From positions 620,001 through 684,000 of the forward strand of contig CBFDEM010000036.1 in the NCBI GenBank assembly GCA_965603825.1: DNA of 64,000 nucleotides. Reading direction: 5' to 3'. Made by a program: the position numbers and the translations under genes. Within the stretch, counting starts at the first letter, position 1; every line of letters starts with the position of its first letter. Under the pieces are notes generated by a model. That model made no database searches, was not told the origin of the DNA, and saw nothing but the letters and a program-made list of their open reading frames with translations. Of the stretch, positions 35,591 to 46,653 are shown one piece after another. This DNA comes from Blepharisma stoltei ATCC 30299. Lineage: Eukaryota; Protista; Ciliophora.

Positions 35591-38500
35591 TTACCGTTTC
35601 TTTGCCGGAACTGCTGCCTTACCAGTTGCACCTTTGGCTGGCTGGGCTGGCGCAGGTGGTTGCACGCTTTTTCCTTTATTCTTTTTGTTATTGGAATTTG
35701 ATCGAGATCTCGAGGAACTCGAGCTTCTGTGCTTGACTTTTTTGTCTTCACTTGAGCTTCGGCTGCTGGAGCGCTTATCTCTACCTTTTCTTCCTCTATC
35801 AGAATCTGAGTCTGAGTCACTGTATTTTTTGGCGTCTTTCTTTGGATCTAGCTTAGCTTGAGACCCTTTCTTTTCTTCATGCTTTCCTTTTGCATCTTCT
35901 TGCTTCTTCCCTTTCTTCTCTTCTGGCTTAATTTGTTGCTTTGCTTCCCCTTTCTTGCTGCTTTCTACCCCCTTGAGCTCTGCATTGCTTTGAATCTTCT
36001 TGTCACCTTTGGCTTGAGTATCATGCTTCTTTTGAACAGTTTCATGCCTTTCTCCTTTTTCTCTCTCATGTCTTTCTTCTCTGTCAATGTCATATTTATC
36101 TCCCTTATGGATTGTGTCATGCCTTTGATCTCTTTCTAGAGATTCATTCCTTTTCTCATAGCGACGTTCATAGCTTTCTTCTCTTCCATAACTATCATGT
36201 CTCTCAGGCTTTCTTTCACGTTCATACCTTTCTGAATCATAAGTATTATGCTTGCTTGGATGCCTCTCGTGCTCTTCTTGGTATTCGTGCTTTTTCCTGT
36301 ACTCATACTCAGAGTTATCAGAAGGGTATCGCTGGTGCTCTTTCTTCATTCGTTCATACTCAGCGTGTCTTTCTTTTTCTTCTTCATAGGCTGCTCTTCT
36401 TTCGTACTCGTCGTACTTTGCATGGCCTTTTACGTACTCACTGCGAATGCTTGGATGAAGATTATAGTCTTCTGGGACGTCTTTGTATTTGGCCTTCTTC
36501 GACTCTCTGAAGCTTGCGCTCTCATACTCTTCGTATTCATCATGGACAATTGGCTTCGCATATTTCTTTCCTTTGCTGTGCATTTTTGGACTTGTGAAGT
36601 CTTCAATTGCATAGTCTGAATGGTGAGAGCTGGAGTTGTAGCCTTTCTTTTCAAGCTTCTTAGACCAGGAGCGGGTGCTACCTCCTTCTACACTATTGGC
36701 AAGACTGCTTGCTCCTCTCACTGACGGAAGCTTGTGCTGGGATTTAGTTGAGTATGGCTCTGGGGATCTAGAGTCGTGCTTCCATTTGGAAATAACTTCT
36801 TTGAGCATTGATATCTCGTGGTTCTTAGCAATGATTTGTTTATGCAAATCTTGAAGGTTGTCGCTTTGCTTTAAGATGACTTCGTCTGCATCTTGATAAG
36901 GTCTGAGGCCTTTTAGCTCGGATTCCAAAGTTGATAGTGCTGCTTGTTTCTTTTTCACTTCTGACTTCAAGGTCATTATTTCATGCTCTTGGGCTTTTAC
37001 TTTTCCTATTAAAATATTTAATTGGGACTCTCTCTTTTCTAAAAGCACTTCGCTACTTTCTACATCAATTTTGAGCCTATTTGCCTTAGCTGTCTGCTCT
37101 TTTAGTTTCTTATCACTCTCAGCAACTAAAGCTTCCAGCCTTATTTTGTCACTAAGGAGTTCGTTAACTCTTGAATGCAGTTTTTCAACTGGGGTGTCTT
37201 TATAATCTGCAAGTTTCGCTCTTAGCTTCGCTATTAGTGCATCTTTTTCACTCAGGGCTTGTCTCTGATCTTTGACAACTTCGCTAATCCTATCATAGTC
37301 TTTCACTTGATACTGGAGCTGCCTATTTAGCTCTTCTTGATTTTGTAGAGATCTGTTTAATAAGTCCACCCTTCGGCCATGATCAGTCTCATTACTTAGC
37401 TCATTGGACATGCCCAACAGTTGACCTCCCAAATCAAAGCCATATTTTGCTTCATTACGGTAAGAACTTTGATGTGCCATTGGCTGAGGAGAAGGTCTTT
37501 GTCGCTCTGGAGAGATTTTTTGATTTTTATTAAGGCTTTGTTGAGACCCCTGTCCTGGTGGAGGAAGTCTAAAAGTAAATTGGTTGCCAGTCACTCCTGT
37601 TTCGACATGCCTAAAGAGGCATCTCAAGTTTGGCAATTTTTTCTCAAGTGTATTGAAAAGTCTTACGGCAAGATCTTTTTGCCGATCATTGCTTATGCTG
37701 GCAGCGATATATGATTTATACCTTTCTGCTGACCTGGCTTGGCAGAAAACATCAGTCTGCACATGGAAATTAATTTGAGGAGCACTTGCTTTGTCACTTG
37801 AATAGACATCAGTAAGTGCTTTAAGAGCAGTTTCTTTTAGTTTTTTCCAGGCATCTCTTAAAATCGGCACTGGCTCGTCTGGGGCTTTATTCTTTTTCAA
37901 GTTATCAATGAGTTTAACGAAATCAACAAATTGTCGGTTTCCTTTCCAAATGATTCTTCCGTTGTCTATTACAAATGTACATGGCAATTCAAAAATCTGA
38001 AGCTTTTTAGCTGTGGGGTGATCAAGACCTAAATGTTTGAGTCTGAAGCCAGTTTTCAAGGTCTGCTTGGCTGAGCCTGCGTAAACTTGGACGAATCTCA
38101 TTCTCTGCAAATGTTTTGATCCCTGAATTAGCTGATCTTTATCGTGCAGGACATCTTGGCAGGTGTCGTCCCAGAACTCAAGGACAACTTCGCCTTCTAG
38201 CATGACATTCACATCTTTTTTCTGCTGAGAATCCCACACCTCACAGCCTCGCAAGTTAGGGAGGGCGATTAAATTTACTGCTTCAAACATATTCAACTTA
38301 TTAAGGTGCTGGAGTGCTTTTTCTATATCTCCAATATTTAGTACTCCTTTAGAGACAATTCTTTTATTGTAGAAAAGAATTCCATAAGGATACTTCTCAA
38401 TTCCAAACTGGGTAGCTATAGCTTTTTCTGGCTTCTGTCCTCCAGATCTGCAAAGTCTGAATTTTGCCCATTTGTTTTTATTGGCTTTTTTCTTGACCTT

Positions 38501-41500
38501 TTCCATATCCATCCCAAACACACAGAGGTGCAGTTCTATTTTTAGTTCTTCTAATTGGTTAAGCTGGGCTAAAAGTTGCTTGTTTTCTTTGACTTGATTG
38601 AGAATCATTAAGACATGTAGCTTCCCATCGACATCGTCTAAAATGTTATTGTTTGTCTTATCATCAACCATTGATAAAGTCAAAGGTATTTGTGGCAAGT
38701 CTTGGTATACACGAAGAGCTATGTCATTTCTGCGTTTGGCAGCTAGGGATTTTCGAATCTTTTCCTCTTCTTGTTGAGATGCAGCAGTTACAAGAATGCT
38801 TGTCGCGTCTTTTTCTTTGCCTTTATCGCTAGTGCAGTAGCGGAAGTTAAGCCTTGCAAATGGTGAAAGACCTCCAAGTTGTTCGCTTTCTCTTAAAATT
38901 ACTTGAAGAGGCTCTACATGCTTATCAAGAATTCGGGTATTTGGTTCTGTAGGTTTTGCTCCTGGTTTAGTGGCTTCTTTAGGCTTTTCTTTTGTCGGGG
39001 ATATATTAGAACCTTTTTGTGGGACTTGTTTCTGCTGAGGGGCTTGTCCAGGTGGAGGAAGCCTAAAAGTAATGTGATTGCCCATAATTCCTGTTTCAAC
39101 GTGCCTAAAGAGACATCTCAAGTTTGGCAACTTTTTCTCAAGTGTATTGAAAAGCCTAATTGCGAGATCTTTTTGTCGGTCATTAGCAATATTCGCTGCT
39201 ATATATGCTTTATATCTTTCTGCTGACCTGGTTTGGCAGAAGACGTCAGTTTGGGCATGGAAATGAATTTGAGGAGCACTTGCTTTGTCGCTCGCATAGA
39301 CATCGGTTAGAGCTTTGTGCGTAGTTTCTTTTAGTTTTTTCCAAGCATCTTTATAAAGTGGAACTGGCTCGTCTGGGGCTTTATTCTTTTTCAAGTTGTC
39401 TACAAGTTTGACGAAATCGTGGTATTGTCTATTTCCTTTCCAAATGATCCTTCCATTGTCTAATACAAATGTGCATGGCAATTCAAAAATCTGAAGCTTT
39501 TTAGCTGTGGGGTGCTCAAGTCCCAGATGCTTAAGTCTGAAGCCAGTTTTCAATGTCTGCTTGGTTGAGCCTGCGTAAACTTGGATGAATCTCATCCTCT
39601 GCAAATGTTTTGATCCTTGAATTAGCTGATCTTTATCGTGAAGAACATCTTGGCAAGTATCGTCCCAGAACTCAAGGACAACTTCGCCTTCTAGCATGAC
39701 ATTTACGTCTCTTTTCTGCTGAGAGTCCCAAACTTCACAGCCTTGCAAATTAGGAAGAGCCATTAAGTTCACTGCCTCAAACATGTTTAATTTATTCAAG
39801 TGCTGTAAAGCTTTTTGAATGTCAGCAACATTAAGCATTCCTTTTGAAACTATTCTTTTATTATAGAAAAACACTGCATATGGGAATCTATCAATCCCTA
39901 GCACTCTTGCAGTTTCTTTTTCTTGTTTTTGGCCTCCAGACCTGCAAAGTCTGAATTTAGACCACTTGTTTTTATTTGCTTTGTCTTTTACCTTTTGCAT
40001 GTCCATTCCAAACACACATAAATGGAGATCTATTTTTAGTTCTTCTAATTGGTTGAGCTGGGCCAAGACTTCTTTATTTTCTTTAATATCATTTAAGAGC
40101 ATCAAGACGTGCAACTTCCCATCAACGTCATCTAAAATGTTATTGTTTGTCTTGTCATCAACGACTGAGATGGTCAAAGGTATTTGTGGCAAGTCTTGGT
40201 AGACACGAAGGGCAATGTCATTTCTGCGCTTGGCAGCAAGCGATTTACGGATCTTTTCTTCTTCCTGAGGCGACGCAGCAGTTACAAGGATGCTTGAAGC
40301 ATCTTTCTCTTTTCCGTTATCACTTGTACAATAATGGAAGTTAAGTCTTGCGAATGGTGAAAGACCTCCAAGCTGCTCGCCCTCTCTTAAAATTACTTGA
40401 AGAGGATCCACATGTTTATCAAGGATTCGGGTATTAGGATCTTCAGGCTTTGCTGCTGGCTTCGCATCTTGAACTTTGCCTTTAGAAGGAGATTGATTTA
40501 AGCTCCTTTGAGCATTTGGATTAGAAGCTTGCCCAGGAGGAGGGATTCTGAAAGTAAATTGATTGCCAGTGACCCCTGATTCTACGTGTCTAAATAGACA
40601 TCTCAAATTTGGCAATTTTTTCTCAAGTGCATTGAAGAGCCTGATAGCAAGGTCTTTTTGCCGATCATTAGCAATGTTAGCAGCAATGTAAGATTTGTAC
40701 CTTTCTGCCGATCTTGCTTGGCAAAAAACATCTGTTTGTGCATGGAATTGGATTGTAGGAGTGTTTGCTTTGTCACCCGCGTAAACTTCGTTAAGTGCTT
40801 TTAGCGCTGTTTCTTTTAGTTTTTTCCAAGCATCTTTAAAGATTGGGGAGGCTTCTTCTAAAGGTCTATTTCTCTTAAGGTTTTCTATAACTTTTGGAAA
40901 ATTTGCAAACTGGCGGTTGCCTTTCCAAATAATTCTTCCTCCACTAAGCACAAAGGTGCAAGGCAATTCGAAAATTTGGAGCTTTTTAGCTGTGGGGTGC
41001 TCAAGCCCAAGATGCTTAAGTCTAAATCCAGTCTTCAAAGTCTGTTTGGATGAGCCCGCATAAACTTGAATGAATCTCATCCCCCTCAAATATTGAGAGT
41101 TTTGTATTAACTGATCTTTATCATGAAGAACATCCTCACAAGTGTGATCCCAGAACTCAAGCACAACTTCGCCTTCCAGCATAACATTTACATCTCTTTT
41201 CTGCTGGGAGTCCCACACTTCGCATCCTTGCAGGTTCGGTAGTGAAATCAAGTTCACAGCTTCGAACATATTCAGCTTATTCAAGTGCTGCAAAGCCTTT
41301 TCAATGTCAGCTATGTTCAGCGCACCTTTGGAGACGATTCTTTTATTATAAAATAGAAGTCCATAGGGAAACCTGTCAATCCCCAGCTCCTTTGCCATCT
41401 CTTTTTCTTGCTTCTGGCCTCCCGTCCTACAAATCCTGAACTTGGACCATTTGTTTTTATTTGTCTGATCTCTGACCTTCTGTATGTCGATTCCAAAGAC

Positions 41501-41911
41501 ACACAGGTGCAGCTCAATTTTTAGTTCTTGTAAGTCGTTGAGCTGGGCCAAGAGCTGCTTATTTTCTTTGACATCGTTCATGAACATCAAGACGTGCAGT
41601 TTTCCATCGACGTCGTCCAAAATGTTGTTATTCGTTCTGTCATCAACACATGACAGGAACGAAGGAATCTGTGGCAAGTCTGGGTAAACGTGAAGGGAAA
41701 TATCGTTTCTGCGCTTTGCTGCAAGAGCTCTGCGTAACTGCTCTGCACCCTGTTGAGAAGCGGCAGTTACAAGTATGGATGTTGCGTCTTTTTCTTTGCC
41801 TTTGTCACTAGTGGAATAGCGATAGTTAAGCCTCGCGAATGGAGAGAGAGCTCCCAGCTGCTCGCTTTCTCGCAAAATTACTTGAAGAGGTTCGATATGG
41901 CTATCAAGCAT
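35591..41911 (-). CDS. 2106-aa protein: three ~495-aa repeats of degenerate thioredoxin-like folds, coiled coil and charged tail
   Basis: Uninterrupted ORF. Repeats start at 41911, 40426 and 38932. Confidence 0.85.
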   Translation of the reverse strand: MLDSHIEPLQVILRESEQLGALSPFARLNYRYSTSDKGKEKDATSILVTAASQQGAEQLRRALAAKRRNDISLHVYPDLPQIPSFLSCVDDRTNNNILDDVDGKLHVLMFMNDVKENKQLLAQLNDLQELKIELHLCVFGIDIQKVRDQTNKNKWSKFRICRTGGQKQEKEMAKELGIDRFPYGLLFYNKRIVSKGALNIADIEKALQHLNKLNMFEAVNLISLPNLQGCEVWDSQQKRDVNVMLEGEVVLEFWDHTCEDVLHDKDQLIQNSQYLRGMRFIQVYAGSSKQTLKTGFRLKHLGLEHPTAKKLQIFELPCTFVLSGGRIIWKGNRQFANFPKVIENLKRNRPLEEASPIFKDAWKKLKETALKALNEVYAGDKANTPTIQFHAQTDVFCQARSAERYKSYIAANIANDRQKDLAIRLFNALEKKLPNLRCLFRHVESGVTGNQFTFRIPPPGQASNPNAQRSLNQSPSKGKVQDAKPAAKPEDPNTRILDKHVDPLQVILREGEQLGGLSPFARLNFHYCTSDNGKEKDASSILVTAASPQEEEKIRKSLAAKRRNDIALRVYQDLPQIPLTISVVDDKTNNNILDDVDGKLHVLMLLNDIKENKEVLAQLNQLEELKIDLHLCVFGMDMQKVKDKANKNKWSKFRLCRSGGQKQEKETARVLGIDRFPYAVFFYNKRIVSKGMLNVADIQKALQHLNKLNMFEAVNLMALPNLQGCEVWDSQQKRDVNVMLEGEVVLEFWDDTCQDVLHDKDQLIQGSKHLQRMRFIQVYAGSTKQTLKTGFRLKHLGLEHPTAKKLQIFELPCTFVLDNGRIIWKGNRQYHDFVKLVDNLKKNKAPDEPVPLYKDAWKKLKETTHKALTDVYASDKASAPQIHFHAQTDVFCQTRSAERYKAYIAANIANDRQKDLAIRLFNTLEKKLPNLRCLFRHVETGIMGNHITFRLPPPGQAPQQKQVPQKGSNISPTKEKPKEATKPGAKPTEPNTRILDKHVEPLQVILRESEQLGGLSPFARLNFRYCTSDKGKEKDATSILVTAASQQEEEKIRKSLAAKRRNDIALRVYQDLPQIPLTLSMVDDKTNNNILDDVDGKLHVLMILNQVKENKQLLAQLNQLEELKIELHLCVFGMDMEKVKKKANKNKWAKFRLCRSGGQKPEKAIATQFGIEKYPYGILFYNKRIVSKGVLNIGDIEKALQHLNKLNMFEAVNLIALPNLRGCEVWDSQQKKDVNVMLEGEVVLEFWDDTCQDVLHDKDQLIQGSKHLQRMRFVQVYAGSAKQTLKTGFRLKHLGLDHPTAKKLQIFELPCTFVIDNGRIIWKGNRQFVDFVKLIDNLKKNKAPDEPVPILRDAWKKLKETALKALTDVYSSDKASAPQINFHVQTDVFCQARSAERYKSYIAASISNDRQKDLAVRLFNTLEKKLPNLRCLFRHVETGVTGNQFTFRLPPPGQGSQQSLNKNQKISPERQRPSPQPMAHQSSYRNEAKYGFDLGGQLLGMSNELSNETDHGRRVDLLNRSLQNQEELNRQLQYQVKDYDRISEVVKDQRQALSEKDALIAKLRAKLADYKDTPVEKLHSRVNELLSDKIRLEALVAESDKKLKEQTAKANRLKIDVESSEVLLEKRESQLNILIGKVKAQEHEIMTLKSEVKKKQAALSTLESELKGLRPYQDADEVILKQSDNLQDLHKQIIAKNHEISMLKEVISKWKHDSRSPEPYSTKSQHKLPSVRGASSLANSVEGGSTRSWSKKLEKKGYNSSSHHSDYAIEDFTSPKMHSKGKKYAKPIVHDEYEEYESASFRESKKAKYKDVPEDYNLHPSIRSEYVKGHAKYDEYERRAAYEEEKERHAEYERMKKEHQRYPSDNSEYEYRKKHEYQEEHERHPSKHNTYDSERYERERKPERHDSYGREESYERRYEKRNESLERDQRHDTIHKGDKYDIDREERHEREKGERHETVQKKHDTQAKGDKKIQSNAELKGVESSKKGEAKQQIKPEEKKGKKQEDAKGKHEEKKGSQAKLDPKKDAKKYSDSDSDSDRGRKGRDKRSSSRSSSEDKKVKHRSSSSSRSRSNSNNKKNKGKSVQPPAPAQPAKGATGKAAVPAKKR
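37550..41911 (-). repeat. Three intragenic ~1.49-kb tandem repeats
   Basis: LD(S/K)H(I/V)(E/D)PLQVILRE...FR(I/L)PPPGQ recurs with periods of 1485 and 1494 nt. Confidence 0.92.
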
Positions 41912-42119
41912 TTTTATTTTATCTGTATGGTGGAGTAATGGAAATAAACTTAATTAACGAATTTGCAGGTGATAACTTAATAAATAGAAAACTATTTACT
42001 AAAGCTTTTTAGATCTTATAACTTTTGCATGGTTGGATAGATATTATCTATGAATAATTTTATTTTTACGCTTTTTCTCCTATGATAAACACTTATATGA
42101 TTTTTTGAAATTATAATAA

Positions 42120-43272
42120 TTATTCACTACGTTTCGGTCTGTAGTCAGCATCAAAAAACCTATGCCGAAGTGCATCTTTTGCTCTCAATCTTCGATTTGG
42201 GTTGAATTCTAGGAGATCGTAAATAAGGTGCCGAAACTCCCGATACTTTGAAGGTATCAATTCCTAATTTTGACTTACTTCTAAACAAAGTAGGTGTCTT
42301 ACATTTCTTCTGGTTTCATGATCTGCCCTTTCTGGATAATTCAAAAAGTAATCTCGGTCGAAGTACTTTTTATAGCTGTACGAGCAGCGCTTCCCCATCC
42401 AAGCTGGCATATGCCCAAGCACCTTTTCTAGCATTGCCAAATGCTCAAAGTTCTTGTGTGTTGGGAAGAGCAGTTCTCCTGTATAAAGCTCGACCAAAAT
42501 GCATCCCAAGGACCAGAGATCTGACATAGTATCCCAGCCAAGTTCTAAGTAAAAACTACCTAAAATGACTTCAGGTGCGCGGTACTGCCTTGTATTGATA
42601 ATAACTGAATGATGGTCCTCTCTAAATGTGGCACCACCGAAATCAATAACCCGAATTGTGCAGTCAACGGGGAGGTTTATTTTCTTTATCACTCATTACT
42701 TTTTCTTCATCAAATCTCAGTTCATCATTCACCAAGAGGATGTTTTCAGGCTTAAGATCGGTATGCGTGAGACCCAGAGTGTGCATGAAGTCAATCGCTT
42801 TAAAAAGCTGTTCAGCAATTTCCTGAACCTGCCACATTCTGAAGCCTACATCTTTATTACCTTTGTACTCATTCAATTTGATGATATCGAACAGGCTTCT
42901 TCCCAGTTTTTCAAAGACGAGACAATAGTTGCCGCCTAGGGGGAAATCTTCGTATAACTGGACAATGTTAGATTGGTGGGTTGGGTCTGCTCGGTTTATT
43001 CTGTGCAGTATCTCAACTTCGATCTTGGCAGCTTCTACGTAGCGCTTGACTGCTCGAATGACCTTTAGAGCTTTAAAAGAGCCATCTTGGTCCTCAACTT
43101 CTAGGACTCGTCCGAAGGTTCCATCCCCTAGGAGCCCTTTGACTTTGTAGCGATCGTTAATCATTTGCCCTTCCTGCCACTCAAAGTGCCCTGCATCTTG
43201 ATTGTAAGTGGAATGAGACCTTGCTTCAGATGTTGATGAACATGAGGATCGACTTCTTTTGCCTGATTCCAT
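42120..43272 (-). CDS. CLK/LAMMER dual-specificity kinase
   Basis: [19 protein letters not shown]|ELGW and [11 protein letters not shown]. Introns at 42846-42860, 42684-42699 (16 nt, restores frame), 42545-42559 and 42264-42278. Confidence 0.92.
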
Positions 43273-43296
43273 TTAAGTTATAATTATATATAAAAA

Positions 43297-44394
43297 TTAA
43301 GCCGTGTTTACTATATTTGCACGATTGGCCATGAGAGCTTTTTCTTCTTCATTGTAGGAAGTTGCCGAAATGTTGATGATTTCCCTTCTCTCCTTTTCCT
43401 CATAAATAAATAAGGCAAACGGGTAGAAATAGAACAGCGCAAAGCCATTGTTTCCTTTAGAAGGATATCGATCAGTGAACTCAAAATCTTGATCCAAAGG
43501 GGTTCTTTCGTGTGTTTCTGTGCTTAATTCAGCTAAAAATACTTTTCTGCTGAACTTCATCTTTTTGTCATCTTTATAATATCCTCCCAAAATCAAAATA
43601 AACCCGTCATAAATGCAAGCAACTTTTGGCTCAGTTACCCCACCAGTAAACTTACAGTTAGCAGCAGACACCATTCGTAGATCAATATCAAAAATCAGAA
43701 TGCTTTCATTAGGAGGACCATCTTCCACGTCAATCTTTCCTCCAATAAAGTAAATTTTATTTTTCTTTTTGCAGGTTCCAGGCAAAAAAATGTTATCTGG
43801 AGGATAAGGAACGCCTTCCTTGATCATGTTCTTTTTAAAGGTAAGTTCCTCCCACTTTTTTGTCCTGAAACTAAATTGCAAAAACGGATATCGCTTTAAC
43901 TTGCAGTGAAGAATCGGGGCACTTGCCCCAACAAAGGGATATGGAACGTAATTTGCTTCTTCTATGTATTCTTCGTCTTCTGCAGTCGCAGCGCCAACTA
44001 TATAGGCTCGGTCACGATGATAATACATCATTCCTCCATGCAGAGGCACTGGCAAAGGATTTCTCTCTTCTCTTTTTTTGTCTTTGATGTAGACTTGAAA
44101 ACACCTATTAGAGTGGCAGTCTTTAACAAGGTCAAAACCTCCAGCTAAAAAGAACCTCCCAACACCAATTTTTACTGTAAACGCATAAGTTGGAGTTCGA
44201 TCGTCAGTATAAGGAAGCCCATAAGCTTCTTTTGCCATAGGGTTTTTGTACTTTATCATAACTGATGATTCAGGAGAAAAAAACACAAATGGGAGATAAG
44301 CTTTCATCATTTTTAGCTCCTTCTTATCGGGCTTTGTTTTGTCAATTTTTTTAGCAATTGTAACTTCATTCTTTTTACTCTGCAGACATCCCAT
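43297..44394 (-). CDS. N-acylated kelch-like beta-propeller protein
   Basis: MGCL start; FLAGG, IYFIGG and ILILGG blades. Confidence 0.7.
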   Translation of the reverse strand: MGCLQSKKNEVTIAKKIDKTKPDKKELKMMKAYLPFVFFSPESSVMIKYKNPMAKEAYGLPYTDDRTPTYAFTVKIGVGRFFLAGGFDLVKDCHSNRCFQVYIKDKKREERNPLPVPLHGGMMYYHRDRAYIVGAATAEDEEYIEEANYVPYPFVGASAPILHCKLKRYPFLQFSFRTKKWEELTFKKNMIKEGVPYPPDNIFLPGTCKKKNKIYFIGGKIDVEDGPPNESILIFDIDLRMVSAANCKFTGGVTEPKVACIYDGFILILGGYYKDDKKMKFSRKVFLAELSTETHERTPLDQDFEFTDRYPSKGNNGFALFYFYPFALFIYEEKERREIINISATSYNEEEKALMANRANIVNTA

Positions 44395-44575
44395 AGTAAA
44401 AACAATTAATTATATATTTTTTTAATTTTAGTGCATTAACTATGAGCAAAGATTAACCTCTTTTTATATTAAAAAGTTCTTCTAAATATCAGAATTTGCT
44501 TTAGATTATTAAGTTTCATATTAATTTATAAGTATAAATACTTTTCGTTTAATGATTTTGAAATTAATTATTTAA

Positions 44576-46555
44576 ATGTTCAGCATTGATTCAGTCTCAT
44601 GGGGAAGAGGCATGAAATTCGCAAGCATAGGAGTCAAAACTAGTGTAAGAGTTGATAATGTGTCGCTCCCGTTAGAGCCGTCTGAAAAAGTTGACACAAG
44701 GACTAATGTCCCTCTATCTCATTGCCGGCCTCTTTCAGTCAGTGGCTCCATTGAAGCTCTTCCGCCAGCTGGAGAAAGCGCAGCAAGAGAAGAGCATAAT
44801 GCATGGCAAAGGCAGCAAGAAAAAGAAGAGAAGCTCAAAAATTTCCAGCTGAGGACCCAAGAAATCGTAAAGCAAAGATTGAAATGCGAAAAAGAAGAAC
44901 TCAAGCAGGAACTTGAATGGAAAGCAAAAAAATTCAATGCAATTAGGGCTTACTGCGTTGAAAAGAAAGTTGGAGTTTCAGCTGACCACCTACAAAAGAA
45001 ATCCAAACCAACTGAATCAAAAACCAAACAAAAAACTGAGAAAAGTATGGAAAAAAGGGAAAAAAGGGAAAAGCAAGCTAGAGAGGAAGAAAAAGTGCCT
45101 GAGTATGAAATATATGAGGAAGTAAGAGAGGATGAAAAACCCGCAGAACAAGAGATTGAGCAGGTTGAAATGGAAATCGCTCTGGACCAAGAAAAATATG
45201 AAGCAGAGCCACCAAGGTCATTCAAAAGTGATTTTTCAGGCTACAAAAAGCAGCCCTTAAACATCCAGCAGATGGGGGTTGAAGAAAATTTTGACATCGT
45301 CCAAGACAATCCTCCACAAATTCATTATGACGAAGGGGTTGAGCAAGCTCCATTCCTCAATGAATACAAGCAGCTGCAGTTTAATATGTTCTCAATTCCA
45401 GAAGAAGAAGTCGAAAAAGTCCAGGACGAAGAAGAATATAGAAATGCAAAAAAAGGAAGATTCGATAAAGTGTTCCAAAAGCTAGAAAGTGAGTATGAGA
45501 ATCCTAAAGAATACTTAAAAAATGAAGTCTACGCACAAGAAATTGAAGAAAGAAATGATCAAATCGAAGAAGATAGAGAAGAAGAGTATGAAAATCACTC
45601 TTTAGAAAAAAAGCAAACAAGGCTCTGTTTTAGTGATGAGCCGCTTCCACAAATGGTTAGTTTGGTATTACAAAACTCGCGAGCAGCACTAAAAGCAATG
45701 GGTGCTCACATCATTCACTCACTTAAAGACCATGAAACTGCCCAAGTTCAAGCAAAAGTTACTGCCAAGTCAAGGTCATCAAAAGATGAAATGCTGAGAA
45801 AGACCTGGGATCAGCCACTTTTTGACGACCATGCCTTGGAAGTAGCATTGGTTAGAAAAATTGCAGAAATCCAAGAGCATCATGCTGCCAGTATGATGAA
45901 GCCAAGAGCCAAATCAGCTGGGCCAAGAGTGGCTTGGGGAACACCTTTGGTATCTGAATTATCTAAAAAAGTCCAGTTCGCGAGAAGCTTTGCATTAAAT
46001 AAAGAAAGAAATCGAGAAAAAAAGTCTGAAACTTCTCCTGATATTGGCAGAAGAAGTCAAACTCCAAGCAAAGAAGAAAGAACAAGGTATATGAGAGTTG
46101 ATGACCGGAAAAAGAGCTTTGGACCCAAGCTGCCTGCTGAAGACAGGCCTAGATCTAGGTCTCCGCTCAGAGCCAAAAGCACTCCAGGAATTTCTCCAGG
46201 AAGAAGCAAGAGCAACTTAAGAAATCAAAAACTCGCCGAAAAAGTAGAACAGCTAGCAGCTGATGTAAAAGAAGGTGCCAAGCTCGAGCCACCTCCTATA
46301 AACTACTCAAAGCGGCACTTGGACTCAATAAAATACATCACAGCCCTTAAAAGAGTGGTAAGAGATCAATTAAAAGAAAAGTTCTCAGAGTTAATCCCAG
46401 CAGTTTGTACCTGCGGGTCTATGAATCGAGTAAAAAATTTGAACCACCCAGTGATGTGTGCGAACAACTGTCCATTCTACAAGCGTCAGCAAGAATTCCA
46501 GCGTGCCTCGACTGAGATGATCCAGAGTTTCAAACAGTCTCAGTGGGGGAAATAA
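44576..46555 (+). CDS. CCDC15: CCDC15-like coiled-coil (centriolar) protein
   Basis: C-terminal YITALK...PAVCTCG...CANNCPFYK and N-terminal KEEKLKNFQ..V..R match my recollection of the CCDC15 conserved blocks. Confidence 0.7.
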   Translation: MFSIDSVSWGRGMKFASIGVKTSVRVDNVSLPLEPSEKVDTRTNVPLSHCRPLSVSGSIEALPPAGESAAREEHNAWQRQQEKEEKLKNFQLRTQEIVKQRLKCEKEELKQELEWKAKKFNAIRAYCVEKKVGVSADHLQKKSKPTESKTKQKTEKSMEKREKREKQAREEEKVPEYEIYEEVREDEKPAEQEIEQVEMEIALDQEKYEAEPPRSFKSDFSGYKKQPLNIQQMGVEENFDIVQDNPPQIHYDEGVEQAPFLNEYKQLQFNMFSIPEEEVEKVQDEEEYRNAKKGRFDKVFQKLESEYENPKEYLKNEVYAQEIEERNDQIEEDREEEYENHSLEKKQTRLCFSDEPLPQMVSLVLQNSRAALKAMGAHIIHSLKDHETAQVQAKVTAKSRSSKDEMLRKTWDQPLFDDHALEVALVRKIAEIQEHHAASMMKPRAKSAGPRVAWGTPLVSELSKKVQFARSFALNKERNREKKSETSPDIGRRSQTPSKEERTRYMRVDDRKKSFGPKLPAEDRPRSRSPLRAKSTPGISPGRSKSNLRNQKLAEKVEQLAADVKEGAKLEPPPINYSKRHLDSIKYITALKRVVRDQLKEKFSELIPAVCTCGSMNRVKNLNHPVMCANNCPFYKRQQEFQRASTEMIQSFKQSQWGK

Positions 46556-46653
46556 TATTAACACTAAATAGCTTTGCGCGTTATTGGAAATCCATTACTA
46601 ATACCCAAATAGACAATAAGAATAAACATTTAAACATAATTGTGCTTTGTACA

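Noticed and set aside
35584-41938. Numerous antisense and alternate-frame ORFs over the large gene (and over other genes)
   Set aside because: They are shadow ORFs from codon bias and low-complexity sequence and carry no motifs.
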